Assembly (NCBI GenBank): GCA_963751275.1
Contig: CAVVTZ010000011.1
Span: 320,001 to 384,000 of the forward strand
Direction of reading: 5' to 3'
DNA from: an uncultured Gemmatimonadaceae bacterium
GTDB lineage: Bacteria > Gemmatimonadota > Gemmatimonadetes > Gemmatimonadales > Gemmatimonadaceae
Length of the DNA stretch: 64,000 nucleotides
The translations under genes and the position numbers were made by a program. Positions within the stretch are counted from its first letter, which is position 1; each line of letters starts with the position of its first letter. Below are positions 26,074-35,177 of this stretch, one piece after another. The notes below the pieces were generated by a model. That model searched no databases and was not told the origin of the DNA. It was given only the letters and a program-made list of their open reading frames with translations.

Positions 26074-26561
26074 TGCGATTGCGCTCCCGCGACAATGTCA
26101 TTGACGATCTTCGTGACGGCGTCCTTGCGGCCGCCCGCCTCGTCCCGCTCCGAATAATCGGCGACGCCCACAAGTCCCTTGCGCGACCAGATCACGCGGC
26201 CGGTGGTCTGGTCGAGGATCTCGACGTCCACCGTGATGCGCAATTCGCGCTGGGCGGAGGTGGAGTTCGGCGACGCCGAGTACGCGACGGGTATCCCGGT
26301 GTCGAAGCGCGTGATCCGGCCGCGCACGATCGCGTCGGCGCGGTTCTCGGACGCGGGATGCAGGCCGAGGCGCGAGACGATCTGCGTCGAGAGCAAGGTG
26401 TTCAGCTCGCTCTGCAAGGCGGGCGATGGCGTGTCGTTGTCGAAGGGGATGACCGCGATCGTCTTGATCTTGGGCGGCAGACCGCCGCCGGCGAAGCCAT
26501 AGTTGCAGCCGCCGAGCGCCAGAATGGCGACGAGGAGCGCGCTAGCGCCAGATCGAAGCAT
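26067..26561 (-). CDS. lptE: LPS assembly lipoprotein LptE family
   Basis: Lipobox LGGC-NYGF, IKTIAVIPFDNDT, ADAIVRGRI, C-terminal W. Confidence 0.8.
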   Translation of the reverse strand: MLRSGASALLVAILALGGCNYGFAGGGLPPKIKTIAVIPFDNDTPSPALQSELNTLLSTQIVSRLGLHPASENRADAIVRGRITRFDTGIPVAYSASPNSTSAQRELRITVDVEILDQTTGRVIWSRKGLVGVADYSERDEAGGRKDAVTKIVNDIVAGAQSQW

Positions 26562-27180
26562 CGAAGGGCGGAAGGGAATCGATCCGTTTCACGGTGAGCT
26601 CGAGCGTCCGCTCGGGGTGCACGGAATGGAAGCGCACCGTGGCGCCCGGCACGCGCGCGAGGGACTGCGGGATGCGCCCGTCATCGATCCGGTCGAGGCG
26701 GACGAGCTCAGCACCCCAGAAGGCGGCTCGCCAGGTATCATGCCCTGCAATCTCAATGCGGAGCGTGTCAGAGTCAACGCGGGCGGCGGTGTCGGCGGCC
26801 GGCGGGGCCCGGAGCACGCCCATCGCCGCCCAGACGAACGGCATCGCGGGGATCATCCGCCGCGTCACCGCGGGGCGCGCGGCCACCAGTGAATCGCCGA
26901 TGACGACGGCTTCCCCGACGGACTCGTTGCGGATGAAGAAGTCGAGGCGGATGGAGTCCGGCGACGCGGTGCGCGCGACCGCCTCCCCGGTGAGCGCCAC
27001 GTCCTGGTCGTCGTACGTGAACTGGAAGACGGTCTTGAGGTGGCCGGCCGCGAGCGAGGGCGCCGGCAGCCGGGCCGGCACGGGCGCACCGGAGAAGAGC
27101 GGCGCGCGGGGGCTGCACGCCGCGGCGAGCGCCGCGACCGCGAGCGCGGTGGCGAGCGAGCGCCGCGGGCGCGCCGTCAC
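26542..27180 (-). CDS. Hypothetical lipoprotein (possible LolA/LolB-like fold)
   Basis: Lipobox AAAC; PDSIRLDF beta motif; GTGA coupling with the upstream gene. Confidence 0.6.
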   Translation of the reverse strand: MTARPRRSLATALAVAALAAACSPRAPLFSGAPVPARLPAPSLAAGHLKTVFQFTYDDQDVALTGEAVARTASPDSIRLDFFIRNESVGEAVVIGDSLVAARPAVTRRMIPAMPFVWAAMGVLRAPPAADTAARVDSDTLRIEIAGHDTWRAAFWGAELVRLDRIDDGRIPQSLARVPGATVRFHSVHPERTLELTVKRIDSLPPFDASIWR

Positions 27181-29180
27181 TCCGGCACGCTCACCGAGAC
27201 GATCGCGTCGCCCTGCACCGTCGCGTCCAGTGGTCCGTAGCCATCGACGACGCGGCCGAACGCCGTGTAGCCCGCGTCGAGGTGCGGCTGGAAGGAGAGG
27301 GTGATGTAGTACTGGCTGCCGCCGGTATCCGGCCCGGAGAGCGCCATGCCGAGCACGCCGCGCTCGTAGGAGATGCGGTTCAATTCATCGCGGATCGCGT
27401 AGCCCGGCCCGCCGCTGCCGTCACCGCGGCGGTCGCCGTCCTGCGCCACGAAGTTCGGCACCACACGATGCCAGTGCGTGTTCGAGTAATAGCCGGCACG
27501 CGCCAGCGTCAGGAAGTTGTTCACCGTGAGCGGCGCATCCACGGGCGCGAGCTGCAGCGTGATCACACCGCGCGCCGTCGCGATCCGTACGCGCGGCGAG
27601 GTGCCGCGCAATCCGGGGAGCACCAGCGCGTTCACGACCCCCTCGTACCACCCGAGCGGCGGCGCGGCCGCGGGCCGCGCGGCGGTCCAAGCGGCGAGCA
27701 GCGCGAAGCCCTCGGCCGCCTCGCGCGAGGCCTGGTCGGGCGGAACCGGGAGCGCGCGGATGGCGGCGCGCAGCGAATCGGAGAACTGCGCGCTGTCGCG
27801 CTTCCAGACGGCCGTGAGGAACGCGACGGTCGCGAGGCGCGCGTCGTTCCCGGAGTCCTTCGCCGAGAGCGCGTAGCTCCGCACGACGAGCGCGGCTTCC
27901 TGTGACGTGCCGTGATCCTCGAGCGCGCCGATCGCCACCGAGCGCACGACATTGTCCGGATCGTGCAGCGCGAAATACATGAATTCGCGGCGCCAAGCGT
28001 GGCCGCCGGCGGAGTCGATCCAGGGCGCGATGGCCGAGTATGCGGCGCTGCGGACGCGCGCGTCGGGGTCGCGCGCGAGCGGCAGCGAGATGTCCCGCAT
28101 CCGCTGGATGTTCCTGGACGCGCCGCCCGCGTCGGCCACGGCGGCGCGATAGCGCCAGTCGCCGAGGTGGCGCCAGCCATCGGGATTGTCCGGCTCGGCG
28201 GCCTCGAGCACGACCTCATCGCTCAGCGCGCGGATCAGGACTTCGCGGCGGAAGACGAACGCGGTGTCCGCGTTCCACGCCTGGTTCCAGATGGCGCGCG
28301 GCGCGCCGGCGAGCACCGTCCCGAGCGCCTGCGCCGCGGTGAGGCGCACGTTCGCATCGGGATCGTGCAGCGCGGCCATCACCGCGTCGCGCGCTGCGAC
28401 GCCGTAGGTGCCGAGGGCGCGCAGCGCGTTCACGCGCACCGGCGCCGATGGATCGTGCGCGAGCGAGTCGAGCGCCGGGAGCGCGAGCGCGGCGAGCGAG
28501 TCGCCCGCCGCCTGGTGGGAGAGCGCGCGGGCGACGATCGAGCGGACGCCGGCATCGGGGTCGCGCGCGAGTGGGAGCACCGCGCGGACGCCGGCGGCGG
28601 CGTACGGGCGCGCGATGGCGTACACCGCGGCCCAGCGCACCGAGGCGCTGCTGTCGCCGAGCCACGGCACGACGAGCGCGACGGGCACCGGCTTGAGGCG
28701 CGCCGCCGCGATGAGCAGCGCGGCGTTCACGGCCGCTGCGCGCGGCGCGCGGCGCGCGAGCGCGGTATCGATCGCTCCGCCCGCGGGCGCGCCGATCGCG
28801 CCGAGCGACCACGCGGCTTGCGCGGCGACGGTGGGCGCGGCGTCGAGCGCGCGGGCGAGCGTGGACACGGCGAGGGAGTCCTTGAGCAAGCCCAGCGAGA
28901 AGGCGGCGTTGGCCGCCAGCGCCGTGTCGCGATCGCCGAGCAGCGCGCGGAGTTCCGGCGCCAGCGAGGCGCCGTGCACCTGGCCAATGGCGCGCGCGGC
29001 CGCCGCGCGTTCCGCCGGCGAGCCCGACCGCAGGATCCCGAGCACGAGCCCGGTGTCGAGACGGCGCGCATCGGCCATCTGCAGCAGACGTGCGTAGCGC
29101 GCAGCGTCCACTGTCTGCGCGCCGGCGACGCCGGCGGCGAGCACCACGAGCGCGGCCGCGACCGCGATCCTACGGCGCAT
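27177..29180 (-). CDS. Exported HEAT-repeat protein with C-terminal cyclophilin-type peptidylprolyl isomerase
   Basis: Signal peptide; repeated D.D..VR..A HEAT units; APLTVNNF..HRVVPNFVAQDGD..GSQYYIT..HLDAGYTAFGRVV. Confidence 0.9.
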   Translation of the reverse strand: MRRRIAVAAALVVLAAGVAGAQTVDAARYARLLQMADARRLDTGLVLGILRSGSPAERAAAARAIGQVHGASLAPELRALLGDRDTALAANAAFSLGLLKDSLAVSTLARALDAAPTVAAQAAWSLGAIGAPAGGAIDTALARRAPRAAAVNAALLIAAARLKPVPVALVVPWLGDSSASVRWAAVYAIARPYAAAGVRAVLPLARDPDAGVRSIVARALSHQAAGDSLAALALPALDSLAHDPSAPVRVNALRALGTYGVAARDAVMAALHDPDANVRLTAAQALGTVLAGAPRAIWNQAWNADTAFVFRREVLIRALSDEVVLEAAEPDNPDGWRHLGDWRYRAAVADAGGASRNIQRMRDISLPLARDPDARVRSAAYSAIAPWIDSAGGHAWRREFMYFALHDPDNVVRSVAIGALEDHGTSQEAALVVRSYALSAKDSGNDARLATVAFLTAVWKRDSAQFSDSLRAAIRALPVPPDQASREAAEGFALLAAWTAARPAAAPPLGWYEGVVNALVLPGLRGTSPRVRIATARGVITLQLAPVDAPLTVNNFLTLARAGYYSNTHWHRVVPNFVAQDGDRRGDGSGGPGYAIRDELNRISYERGVLGMALSGPDTGGSQYYITLSFQPHLDAGYTAFGRVVDGYGPLDATVQGDAIVSVSVPE

Positions 29181-29593
29181 CGCCCGCCTCGCGCGCGAGC
29201 CGCGCGCGGACTTCCGGTGGGAACGCGCGCACGCGGCCGTCATCGTCGAGCGAGATGAGCGTCGTGCTCACCGTCGCGAGCTTCACTCCGGTCGCGGCGT
29301 TCAGCACGGTGTAATCGAACACCAGCGTACGCGAGGTCACGCGCGAGAGCACGGTCTCGACACGGATCATGTCGTCGTAGCGTGCCGAGGCCATGTAGCG
29401 GAGCGACGCCTCCGACACGGCGAGCGTGATCCCCTGCTCTTCCATCTCGCGGTACGACGTGCCCATGCCGCGGATGTGATCGGTGCGCCCGATCTCGCAC
29501 CAGAATGAGATAATTCGCGTGGTATGCGACGCCCATCTGATCGGTCTCCGCGTAGCGCACGCGGAATTCGACGGACGACACGCGAGGGGGCAC
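29170..29593 (-). CDS. YbgC/FadM-family acyl-CoA thioesterase (apparent frameshift near 29505)
   Basis: RVRYAETDQMGVAYHANY, then WCEIGRT..ARYDD in another frame. Confidence 0.88.
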
Positions 29594-29653
29594 GAACGCG
29601 GCTCCGGTGGCTCGGGGGGAGGGATGCGAAAAAGTTCGACGGCCGCGCGCGGT

Positions 29654-29682
29654 TTGTAAAGAGCGCGCGCGAACGCTAGAAT
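29654..29682 (+). promoter_or_regulatory. Sigma70-like promoter of lpxH, probably leaderless
   Basis: TTGTAA-N17-TAGAAT then 6 nt to the ATG at 29689; no SD. Confidence 0.7.
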
Positions 29683-29688
29683 GTCCCC

Positions 29689-30477
29689 ATGCTGCCATCG
29701 CCCTGTTACGTGATCTCCGACGCCCATTTGGGCGCCGGCGACGTGGAGCTCGAACGGCGGCTCGTCGGCTTCCTGCGCGAGCTGCCCGGGCGCGCCGGTT
29801 CGCTGCTCATCAATGGCGACCTGTTCGACTTCTGGTTCGAGTGGCGCACGGTGATCCCGCGCGGCCATTTCCGCACGCTCGCGGCACTCGGCGATCTCGT
29901 GGATGCGGGCGTGCCGGTCACGATGCTCGCCGGGAACCACGATTGCTGGGGAGGCAATGTGCTCACGGGCGAGGTGGGGATCGACTATCGCGTGAGCGGA
30001 TGGTCGGGGGAGATCGCGGGCTGGCAGACCACGATCGAGCACGGCGACGGGCTGCGCGAGGTGGAAGACCGTCCCTACCGCCGTTTACGCCGCGTGCTCC
30101 GGCACCCGTGGGCGATCAAAGCGTTCCGCTGGATCCATCCCGACATCGGCAGCAAGCTCGCTCACGGATCGTCCGGCGCGAGCCGCGATCACCGCGCGCG
30201 CGACGGGGGATCGGGCCTGCAGTCCGTGGCCTTGGAGCATCTCGCGCAGCATCCGCGCACCCAGCTGCTGATCTATGGGCACTCGCACGTGCCCGCGCTG
30301 GTGCGCGCGCCGTCGGGGAGCGTGTACGCGAATCCGGGCGCCTGGATGGATGCGCCCACGTATCTCTGCATCACACCGGACCGCGTCGAGCTGCGGCGGT
30401 GGCGCCCTGGATCAGCCGAGAGTGACCTTCTCCACGCGGCCGACCGCGTCGCCGAGGAAGCGCTGCCCCACTCGTAG
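29689..30477 (+). CDS. lpxH: UDP-2,3-diacylglucosamine diphosphatase
   Basis: ISDAHLG, GDLFDFWFE, GNHD, HGD, GHSH, NPGAW metallophosphoesterase motifs. Confidence 0.85.
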   Translation: MLPSPCYVISDAHLGAGDVELERRLVGFLRELPGRAGSLLINGDLFDFWFEWRTVIPRGHFRTLAALGDLVDAGVPVTMLAGNHDCWGGNVLTGEVGIDYRVSGWSGEIAGWQTTIEHGDGLREVEDRPYRRLRRVLRHPWAIKAFRWIHPDIGSKLAHGSSGASRDHRARDGGSGLQSVALEHLAQHPRTQLLIYGHSHVPALVRAPSGSVYANPGAWMDAPTYLCITPDRVELRRWRPGSAESDLLHAADRVAEEALPHS

Positions 30478-31224
30478 GAATTGATCGGGCGCGTCCGACG
30501 CGACGAATCGGCAATCGCCCTTGCCCCCGGCCGGCGCCCGGAGCGACGCCTGCTCGAGCGCGGCGCGCGTCGCGGCGGCGGTCTCCTGCGCGCTGTCGAT
30601 GAGGCGCACGGACTCGCCGACGACGCGCGCGAGCAGCGGCTTGAGCAGCGGATAGTGCGTGCAGCCGAGGACGAGCGTGTCGATGCGCTCGGCGGCGAGC
30701 GGGTCGAGATACTCGTGCGCGATCAGCTGCGTGGCGGGCGCATCGAGCCAGCCTTCCTCCACGAGCGGCACGAAGAGCGGACAGGCGCGCGAGATGACAT
30801 GCGCGTCGGGGCGCAGCGCGCGGATCGCGCGCTCGTAGGCGCCCGACGCGACGGTGCCGGCGGTTCCGATCACGCCGATGCGGCCGGAGCGCGACGCGCG
30901 CGCGGCGCCCGCCGCGCCCGGTTCGATGACGCCGATGATGGGGATCGCGAACCGCTCACGCAGCGATGGGAGTGCGTGCGCCGTGGCGGTGTTGCATGCC
31001 ACGACCACGGCCTTCACCCCCTGCGCGATGAGCCATTCGGTGATCTCGGCGGCGTAGCGCCGCACCGTGTCCGGGCTCTTGGGCCCGTACGGCACGCGCG
31101 CGGTGTCACCGAAATAGATGAGGCGCTCCTCGGGCAGCTGGAGGCGCAACTCGTGCACGACCGTGAGGCCGCCGATCCCCGAGTCGAAGACGCCGATCGG
31201 CGAGCGCGCCCCGGGAGTAGTCAC
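30412..31224 (-). CDS. murI: Glutamate racemase
   Basis: IGVFDSGIGGLTV, DTARVPYG, VACNTA, LGCTHYP. Confidence 0.97.
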   Translation of the reverse strand: MTTPGARSPIGVFDSGIGGLTVVHELRLQLPEERLIYFGDTARVPYGPKSPDTVRRYAAEITEWLIAQGVKAVVVACNTATAHALPSLRERFAIPIIGVIEPGAAGAARASRSGRIGVIGTAGTVASGAYERAIRALRPDAHVISRACPLFVPLVEEGWLDAPATQLIAHEYLDPLAAERIDTLVLGCTHYPLLKPLLARVVGESVRLIDSAQETAAATRAALEQASLRAPAGGKGDCRFVASDAPDQFLRVGQRFLGDAVGRVEKVTLG

Positions 31225-31781
31225 CACGCGATGTGCGATCCGATGGACGCCGACTTCTGCGTGGGCGAAGCGCCGAGTTCGATGGGGACGTTCCACAATT
31301 GGGCCGCGACGAAGGCGTCGGCAGCCGAGATCAGGTGATTGAAGATCAGCAGCACCGTCCAGTCCTGCACCGCGAGCTGGCGCTTCCCCACGACCTGGTC
31401 GAGCGGATTCGGGATGAAGCCGCTGCCGTTCCAGATGCTGTCGCCGGCGAATCGCTCCGCCGCCTTCAGTTCCGACTTGGATTGCGCGAGCATCCCGAGC
31501 GATATCGCTTCGACGCCGACGAAGATCACGCCGGCCGTGCTGCGGTGGAGCGACGCCTGTCCCCAGCCGGGGATGAGCAGCGATTGGAAGAGGGCACGCG
31601 TGGGCGAGACCGGCGGCTTCGGCGACGGGCGTGTGAGCGCCGAGGGGAAGGTGTCCGCCGCCGACGCCGCGGGGGGCGCGGCCGGCGGGCCGACGCGCGC
31701 GCTGTCCGCGATCTGAGCGGGCAGCGCGGCGGCGAGCGCGGCGCACGCGACGCCGAGCGTGAATGCACGTCGAACGCTCAT
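31221..31781 (-). CDS. Hypothetical membrane protein (DUF5683-like)
   Basis: SPTRALFQSLLIPGWGQ and ISAADAFVAAQL motifs; signal peptide. Confidence 0.7.
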   Translation of the reverse strand: MSVRRAFTLGVACAALAAALPAQIADSARVGPPAAPPAASAADTFPSALTRPSPKPPVSPTRALFQSLLIPGWGQASLHRSTAGVIFVGVEAISLGMLAQSKSELKAAERFAGDSIWNGSGFIPNPLDQVVGKRQLAVQDWTVLLIFNHLISAADAFVAAQLWNVPIELGASPTQKSASIGSHIAW

Positions 31782-31796
31782 CGCGCGGCTCGCGCG

Positions 31797-31893
31797 TGGC
31801 GGGAACGTGTGGGAATCGAACCCACCCAACCCGACGAAGTCAGGTCGCACCAGTTTTGAAGACTGGGAAAGCCACCAGGCCCCATCCGTCCCC
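31797..31893 (-). tRNA. selC: tRNA-Sec(TCA)
   Basis: CCAGT-CT TCA AA-ACTGG anticodon arm, extended acceptor, 6-bp D stem, long variable arm, encoded GCCA; adjacent to selD. Confidence 0.96.
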
Positions 31894-31898
31894 ACGGC

Positions 31899-32948
31899 TC
31901 ACGCGAGCGCGATGTCGACCGTCCCGCGCGGCAGCACCGCGCCGATCACGGCCGCACCGGGCACCCGTGCCAGGTACTCCGCGACGACCGCCGGCGGCAT
32001 CGCCAGCAGGAGGCCGCCCGACGTCTGGGGGTCCAGCAGCAGCGCGCGCTCGGCATCGGGCGCCATGCCCCAGTCGATCGTGGCCTCGAGCCAGTCGAAA
32101 TTGCGCGATCCGCCGCCGGTGCGCGCGCCGCGCTTCCACGCCGCGCGCGCGCCGGGGAGGAGCGGCACCGCGGCGACATCGATGCGCAGCGTGACGCCGC
32201 TCGCGCGCGCGATGTGCGTCGCATGGCCGAGCAGACCGAAGCCGGTGACGTCGGTGGCGCAGCGAACGCCGAGCGCGAGCGCGGCGCGGCTCGCCGCCGC
32301 GTTGAGCGTCGTCATCGAGAGGATGAGCGCTTCGTTGTCGGCCGCGCCGAGCTCGCCGGCCTTTCCAGCGGTGGCGAGGAGGCCCGTGCCGATCGACTTG
32401 GTGAGCACCAGCACATCGCCGGGCTTCGCGGCCGCATTGGTCAGGATCTGCTTCGGGTTCGCGCGGCCGGTGACCGAGAGGCCGTACTTGATCTCTTCGT
32501 CGATGATCGTGTGGCCGCCGGCGATGACGGCGCCCGCGACGCGCACCATGTCCTGGCCGCCGCGCAGGATCTCGGTGAGGATCTCGAGCGGCAGCTTTCC
32601 CGCCGGGAAGCCGACGATGTTGAGCGCGGTGAGCGGCTCGCCGCCCATCGCGAACACGTCGGAAAGCGCGTTCGTCGCGGCGATCCGGCCGAAGGTGTAC
32701 GGGTCATCGACGATCGGCGCGAAGAAATCGACCGTCTGCACGAGCGCAATGTCGTCGGTGAGCAGGAAGATCCCGGCGTCGTCGAAGGAGCCGCGGCCAA
32801 CGATGAGGCGGGGATCGACGTCGGCCGGCAGCGGCGCGAGCGCGCGCGAGAGATCGCCGGGCCCCATCTTGGCCGCACAGCCCGCGCATTTCGCGAACGC
32901 GGTGAGGCGGAAGGTGCCCTGCGCGTCGGTCGTGGCAGCCATGGTCAT
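31899..32948 (-). CDS. selD: Selenide, water dikinase (Cys form)
   Basis: CAGCAAK, QTVDFF, NALSDVFAMGG, GGHT, TDVTGFGLLGH, DPQTSGGLL. Confidence 0.97.
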   Translation of the reverse strand: MTMAATTDAQGTFRLTAFAKCAGCAAKMGPGDLSRALAPLPADVDPRLIVGRGSFDDAGIFLLTDDIALVQTVDFFAPIVDDPYTFGRIAATNALSDVFAMGGEPLTALNIVGFPAGKLPLEILTEILRGGQDMVRVAGAVIAGGHTIIDEEIKYGLSVTGRANPKQILTNAAAKPGDVLVLTKSIGTGLLATAGKAGELGAADNEALILSMTTLNAAASRAALALGVRCATDVTGFGLLGHATHIARASGVTLRIDVAAVPLLPGARAAWKRGARTGGGSRNFDWLEATIDWGMAPDAERALLLDPQTSGGLLLAMPPAVVAEYLARVPGAAVIGAVLPRGTVDIALA

Positions 32949-32973
32949 GCGATCGCTCCCGGGTTCCCCAGTC

Positions 32974-33354
32974 CTACCCCTTCACGTACGCGATGGCATC
33001 GATCTCGACCAGCGCGTTGCGCGGCAAGGCCGCCACCTGGACCGTGGAGCGCGCGGGGCGCGCGGCGCCCAGGTGCTTGCCATAGAGTTCGTTCACCACG
33101 GGGAAATCGGCGAGATCGGCGAGATAGACGGTGGTCTTCACGACATCGGCCCACGTCGCGCCGCCCTCGGTGAGCACCGCGGTCAGATTGGCCAGCACGC
33201 GCTTGGTCTGCTCCTCGATCCCGCCGTCCACGATCTTCCCGCTGGCCGGGTCGAGCGCGATCTGGCCCGCGGTGAAGACGAACCCGTGCACGTGGATCCC
33301 CTGCGAGTACGGCCCGATCGCGGCGGGCGCTTTGTCGGTACTGATCGGCTTCAC
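32974..33354 (-). CDS. ridA: RidA/YjgF family enamine deaminase
   Basis: APAAIGPYSQG, GQIALDP, VVKTTVYL, PARSTV..LP..VEID. Confidence 0.93.
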   Translation of the reverse strand: MKPISTDKAPAAIGPYSQGIHVHGFVFTAGQIALDPASGKIVDGGIEEQTKRVLANLTAVLTEGGATWADVVKTTVYLADLADFPVVNELYGKHLGAARPARSTVQVAALPRNALVEIDAIAYVKG

Positions 33355-33423
33355 GTGACGTGACTCCAGCGGTGGAAGTGTCGGCGGTGCGCGTGCTCCG
33401 TGTGATATAGAGGGCGCACGCGT

Positions 33424-35103
33424 CTAGAACAACCCGGTGATCGACCCGTTCGGGAGGATCGCCATGCGCTCGGCGGCGGGCTCCTTGGGCAGTCCCGGCA
33501 TGGTCATGATGTCGCCCGCCTGCGCGACGACGAACCCGGCGCCGGCGGCGGGATAGACATCGTTCACCGCAATGCGGAAGCCTTTGGGGCGCCCGAGCAG
33601 CGTGGCGTCGTCGGACAATGAGTACTGCGTCTTGGCCATGCAGATCGGCGTCTCGCCGAGCCCGATGGACTCGAGGTACTCGATGGCGCGCTCGGCTTTG
33701 GGCGTATAGTCGGCGCCGTCGCCGCCATAGACCTTCTTCACGATCGTGTCGATCTTCTCGCGGATCGGCTTCTTGGCGTCGTAGAGCGGCGCGAACTTCG
33801 AACCGCCGGCGTTGAGCGCGGCGATCACCTCGTTCGCCATCTCGATGCCGCCTTCCCCGCCCTTCTCCCACACCTCATTGAGCGCGACGCGCACGCCCTG
33901 CTTGCGCGCGAAGTCCGCGACCATCGCGAGTTCCTTCTCGGAGTCGGAGGTGAAGCGATTCACCGCGACGATCACGGGCACGCCGAACTGCTTCACGTTC
34001 GCGATGTGCGCGGCGAGGTTCGGCAGGCCCTTCTCCAGCGCGGCCAGGTCCTCATTGGCGAGCCGCTTCTTGTCGGCGCCGCCGTTGAGTTTCAGTGCGC
34101 GGACCGTGGCGACCAGCACCGCGACCTCGGGATTGAGCCCGCCGAAGCGGCACTTGATGTCGAAGAATTTCTCGGCGCCGAGGTCCGAGCCGAAGCCCGC
34201 CTCGGTGACGACGATGTCGGCGAGCGCGAGGCCGGTCTTGGTCGCGATGATCGAGTTGCAGCCGTGCGCGATGTTGCCGAAGGGGCCGGCGTGCACGATG
34301 GCGGGGCCGCCTTCGAGGGTCTGCACGAGATTGGGGCGGATCGCATCTCTGAGCAGCAGGGTCATCGCGCCCACCGCCTTCAGGTCCGATGCGCGGATCG
34401 GTTTGCGCGACGCGCCGGTGGTGGCGCCCACGATGATCCGCGAGAGGCGCGTCTCGAGATCGTCGCGGCTCGACGCCAGCGCGACGATGGCCATCACTTC
34501 GCTGGCCGGGATGATCACCCACCGCTCCTCGCGCACGATGCCGTTCGCGACGCCGCCGAGCCCGATGATCGCGCTGCGCAGCGCGCGATCGTTCATGTCG
34601 ATCGTGCGCGGCCAGGTGATGCGGCGCGAGTCGATGCCGAGCGGGTTCCCCTGCGTGAGGTGATTGTCCACCATCGCGGAGAGCAGGCTGTGCGCGCTCG
34701 AGATCGCGTGGAAATCGCCGGTGAAGTGGAGGTTGATGTCCTCCATCGGGATCACCTGCGCGTAGCCGCCGCCGGCGGCGCCGCCCTTCACCCCGAAGAC
34801 GGGGCCGAGACTCGGCTCGCGGATGCAGAGCACCGTCTTCTTGCCGAGGCGGCGGAGCGCATCGGCGAGGCCGACGAGCGTCGTGCTCTTCCCCTCCCCC
34901 GCGGCGGTGGGATTGATGCCGGTGACGAGAACGAGCCGGCCGCGCGGCTTTCGCTGCGACACGTCGAGATCGATCTTCGCCTTGTACTTGCCGTAGAGAT
35001 CGAGCTCGTCCGGCACGAGGCCGAGTTCGGCGGCGACATCTCCGATCGGGCGGGGCTTGGCGGCCTGGGCGATCTCGATGTCGGAGGGGACCGGCTTGCT
35101 CAT
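33424..35103 (-). CDS. fhs: Formate--tetrahydrofolate ligase
   Basis: SDIEIAQ, NPTAAGEGKST, KGGAAGGGYAQV, INLHFTGDFHAI, GPFGNIAHG, TEAGFGSDLGAEKF, MTMPGLP. Confidence 0.98.
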   Translation of the reverse strand: MSKPVPSDIEIAQAAKPRPIGDVAAELGLVPDELDLYGKYKAKIDLDVSQRKPRGRLVLVTGINPTAAGEGKSTTLVGLADALRRLGKKTVLCIREPSLGPVFGVKGGAAGGGYAQVIPMEDINLHFTGDFHAISSAHSLLSAMVDNHLTQGNPLGIDSRRITWPRTIDMNDRALRSAIIGLGGVANGIVREERWVIIPASEVMAIVALASSRDDLETRLSRIIVGATTGASRKPIRASDLKAVGAMTLLLRDAIRPNLVQTLEGGPAIVHAGPFGNIAHGCNSIIATKTGLALADIVVTEAGFGSDLGAEKFFDIKCRFGGLNPEVAVLVATVRALKLNGGADKKRLANEDLAALEKGLPNLAAHIANVKQFGVPVIVAVNRFTSDSEKELAMVADFARKQGVRVALNEVWEKGGEGGIEMANEVIAALNAGGSKFAPLYDAKKPIREKIDTIVKKVYGGDGADYTPKAERAIEYLESIGLGETPICMAKTQYSLSDDATLLGRPKGFRIAVNDVYPAAGAGFVVAQAGDIMTMPGLPKEPAAERMAILPNGSITGLF

Positions 35104-35113
35104 GTTTAGCGGC

Positions 35114-35139
35114 TCGGGATTCGGGAGTCGGGATTCGGG
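35114..35139. repeat. Short tandem heptamer repeat (TCGGGAK)n in the fhs leader
   Basis: TCGGGAT TCGGGAG TCGGGAT TCGGG. Confidence 0.7.
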
Positions 35140-35177
35140 CGGGACGCGGGAAGCTACCCTTTCGACGCGAGTGGGCG

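Noticed and set aside
31782..31895. N-terminal extension of ORF 31221..31895
   Set aside because: This stretch is tRNA-Sec; the ATG at 31781 gives a normal signal peptide
32870..32900. Possible selenocysteine (TGA) in the SelD active site
   Set aside because: Codons are TGC and TGT (CAGCAAK); no in-frame TGA
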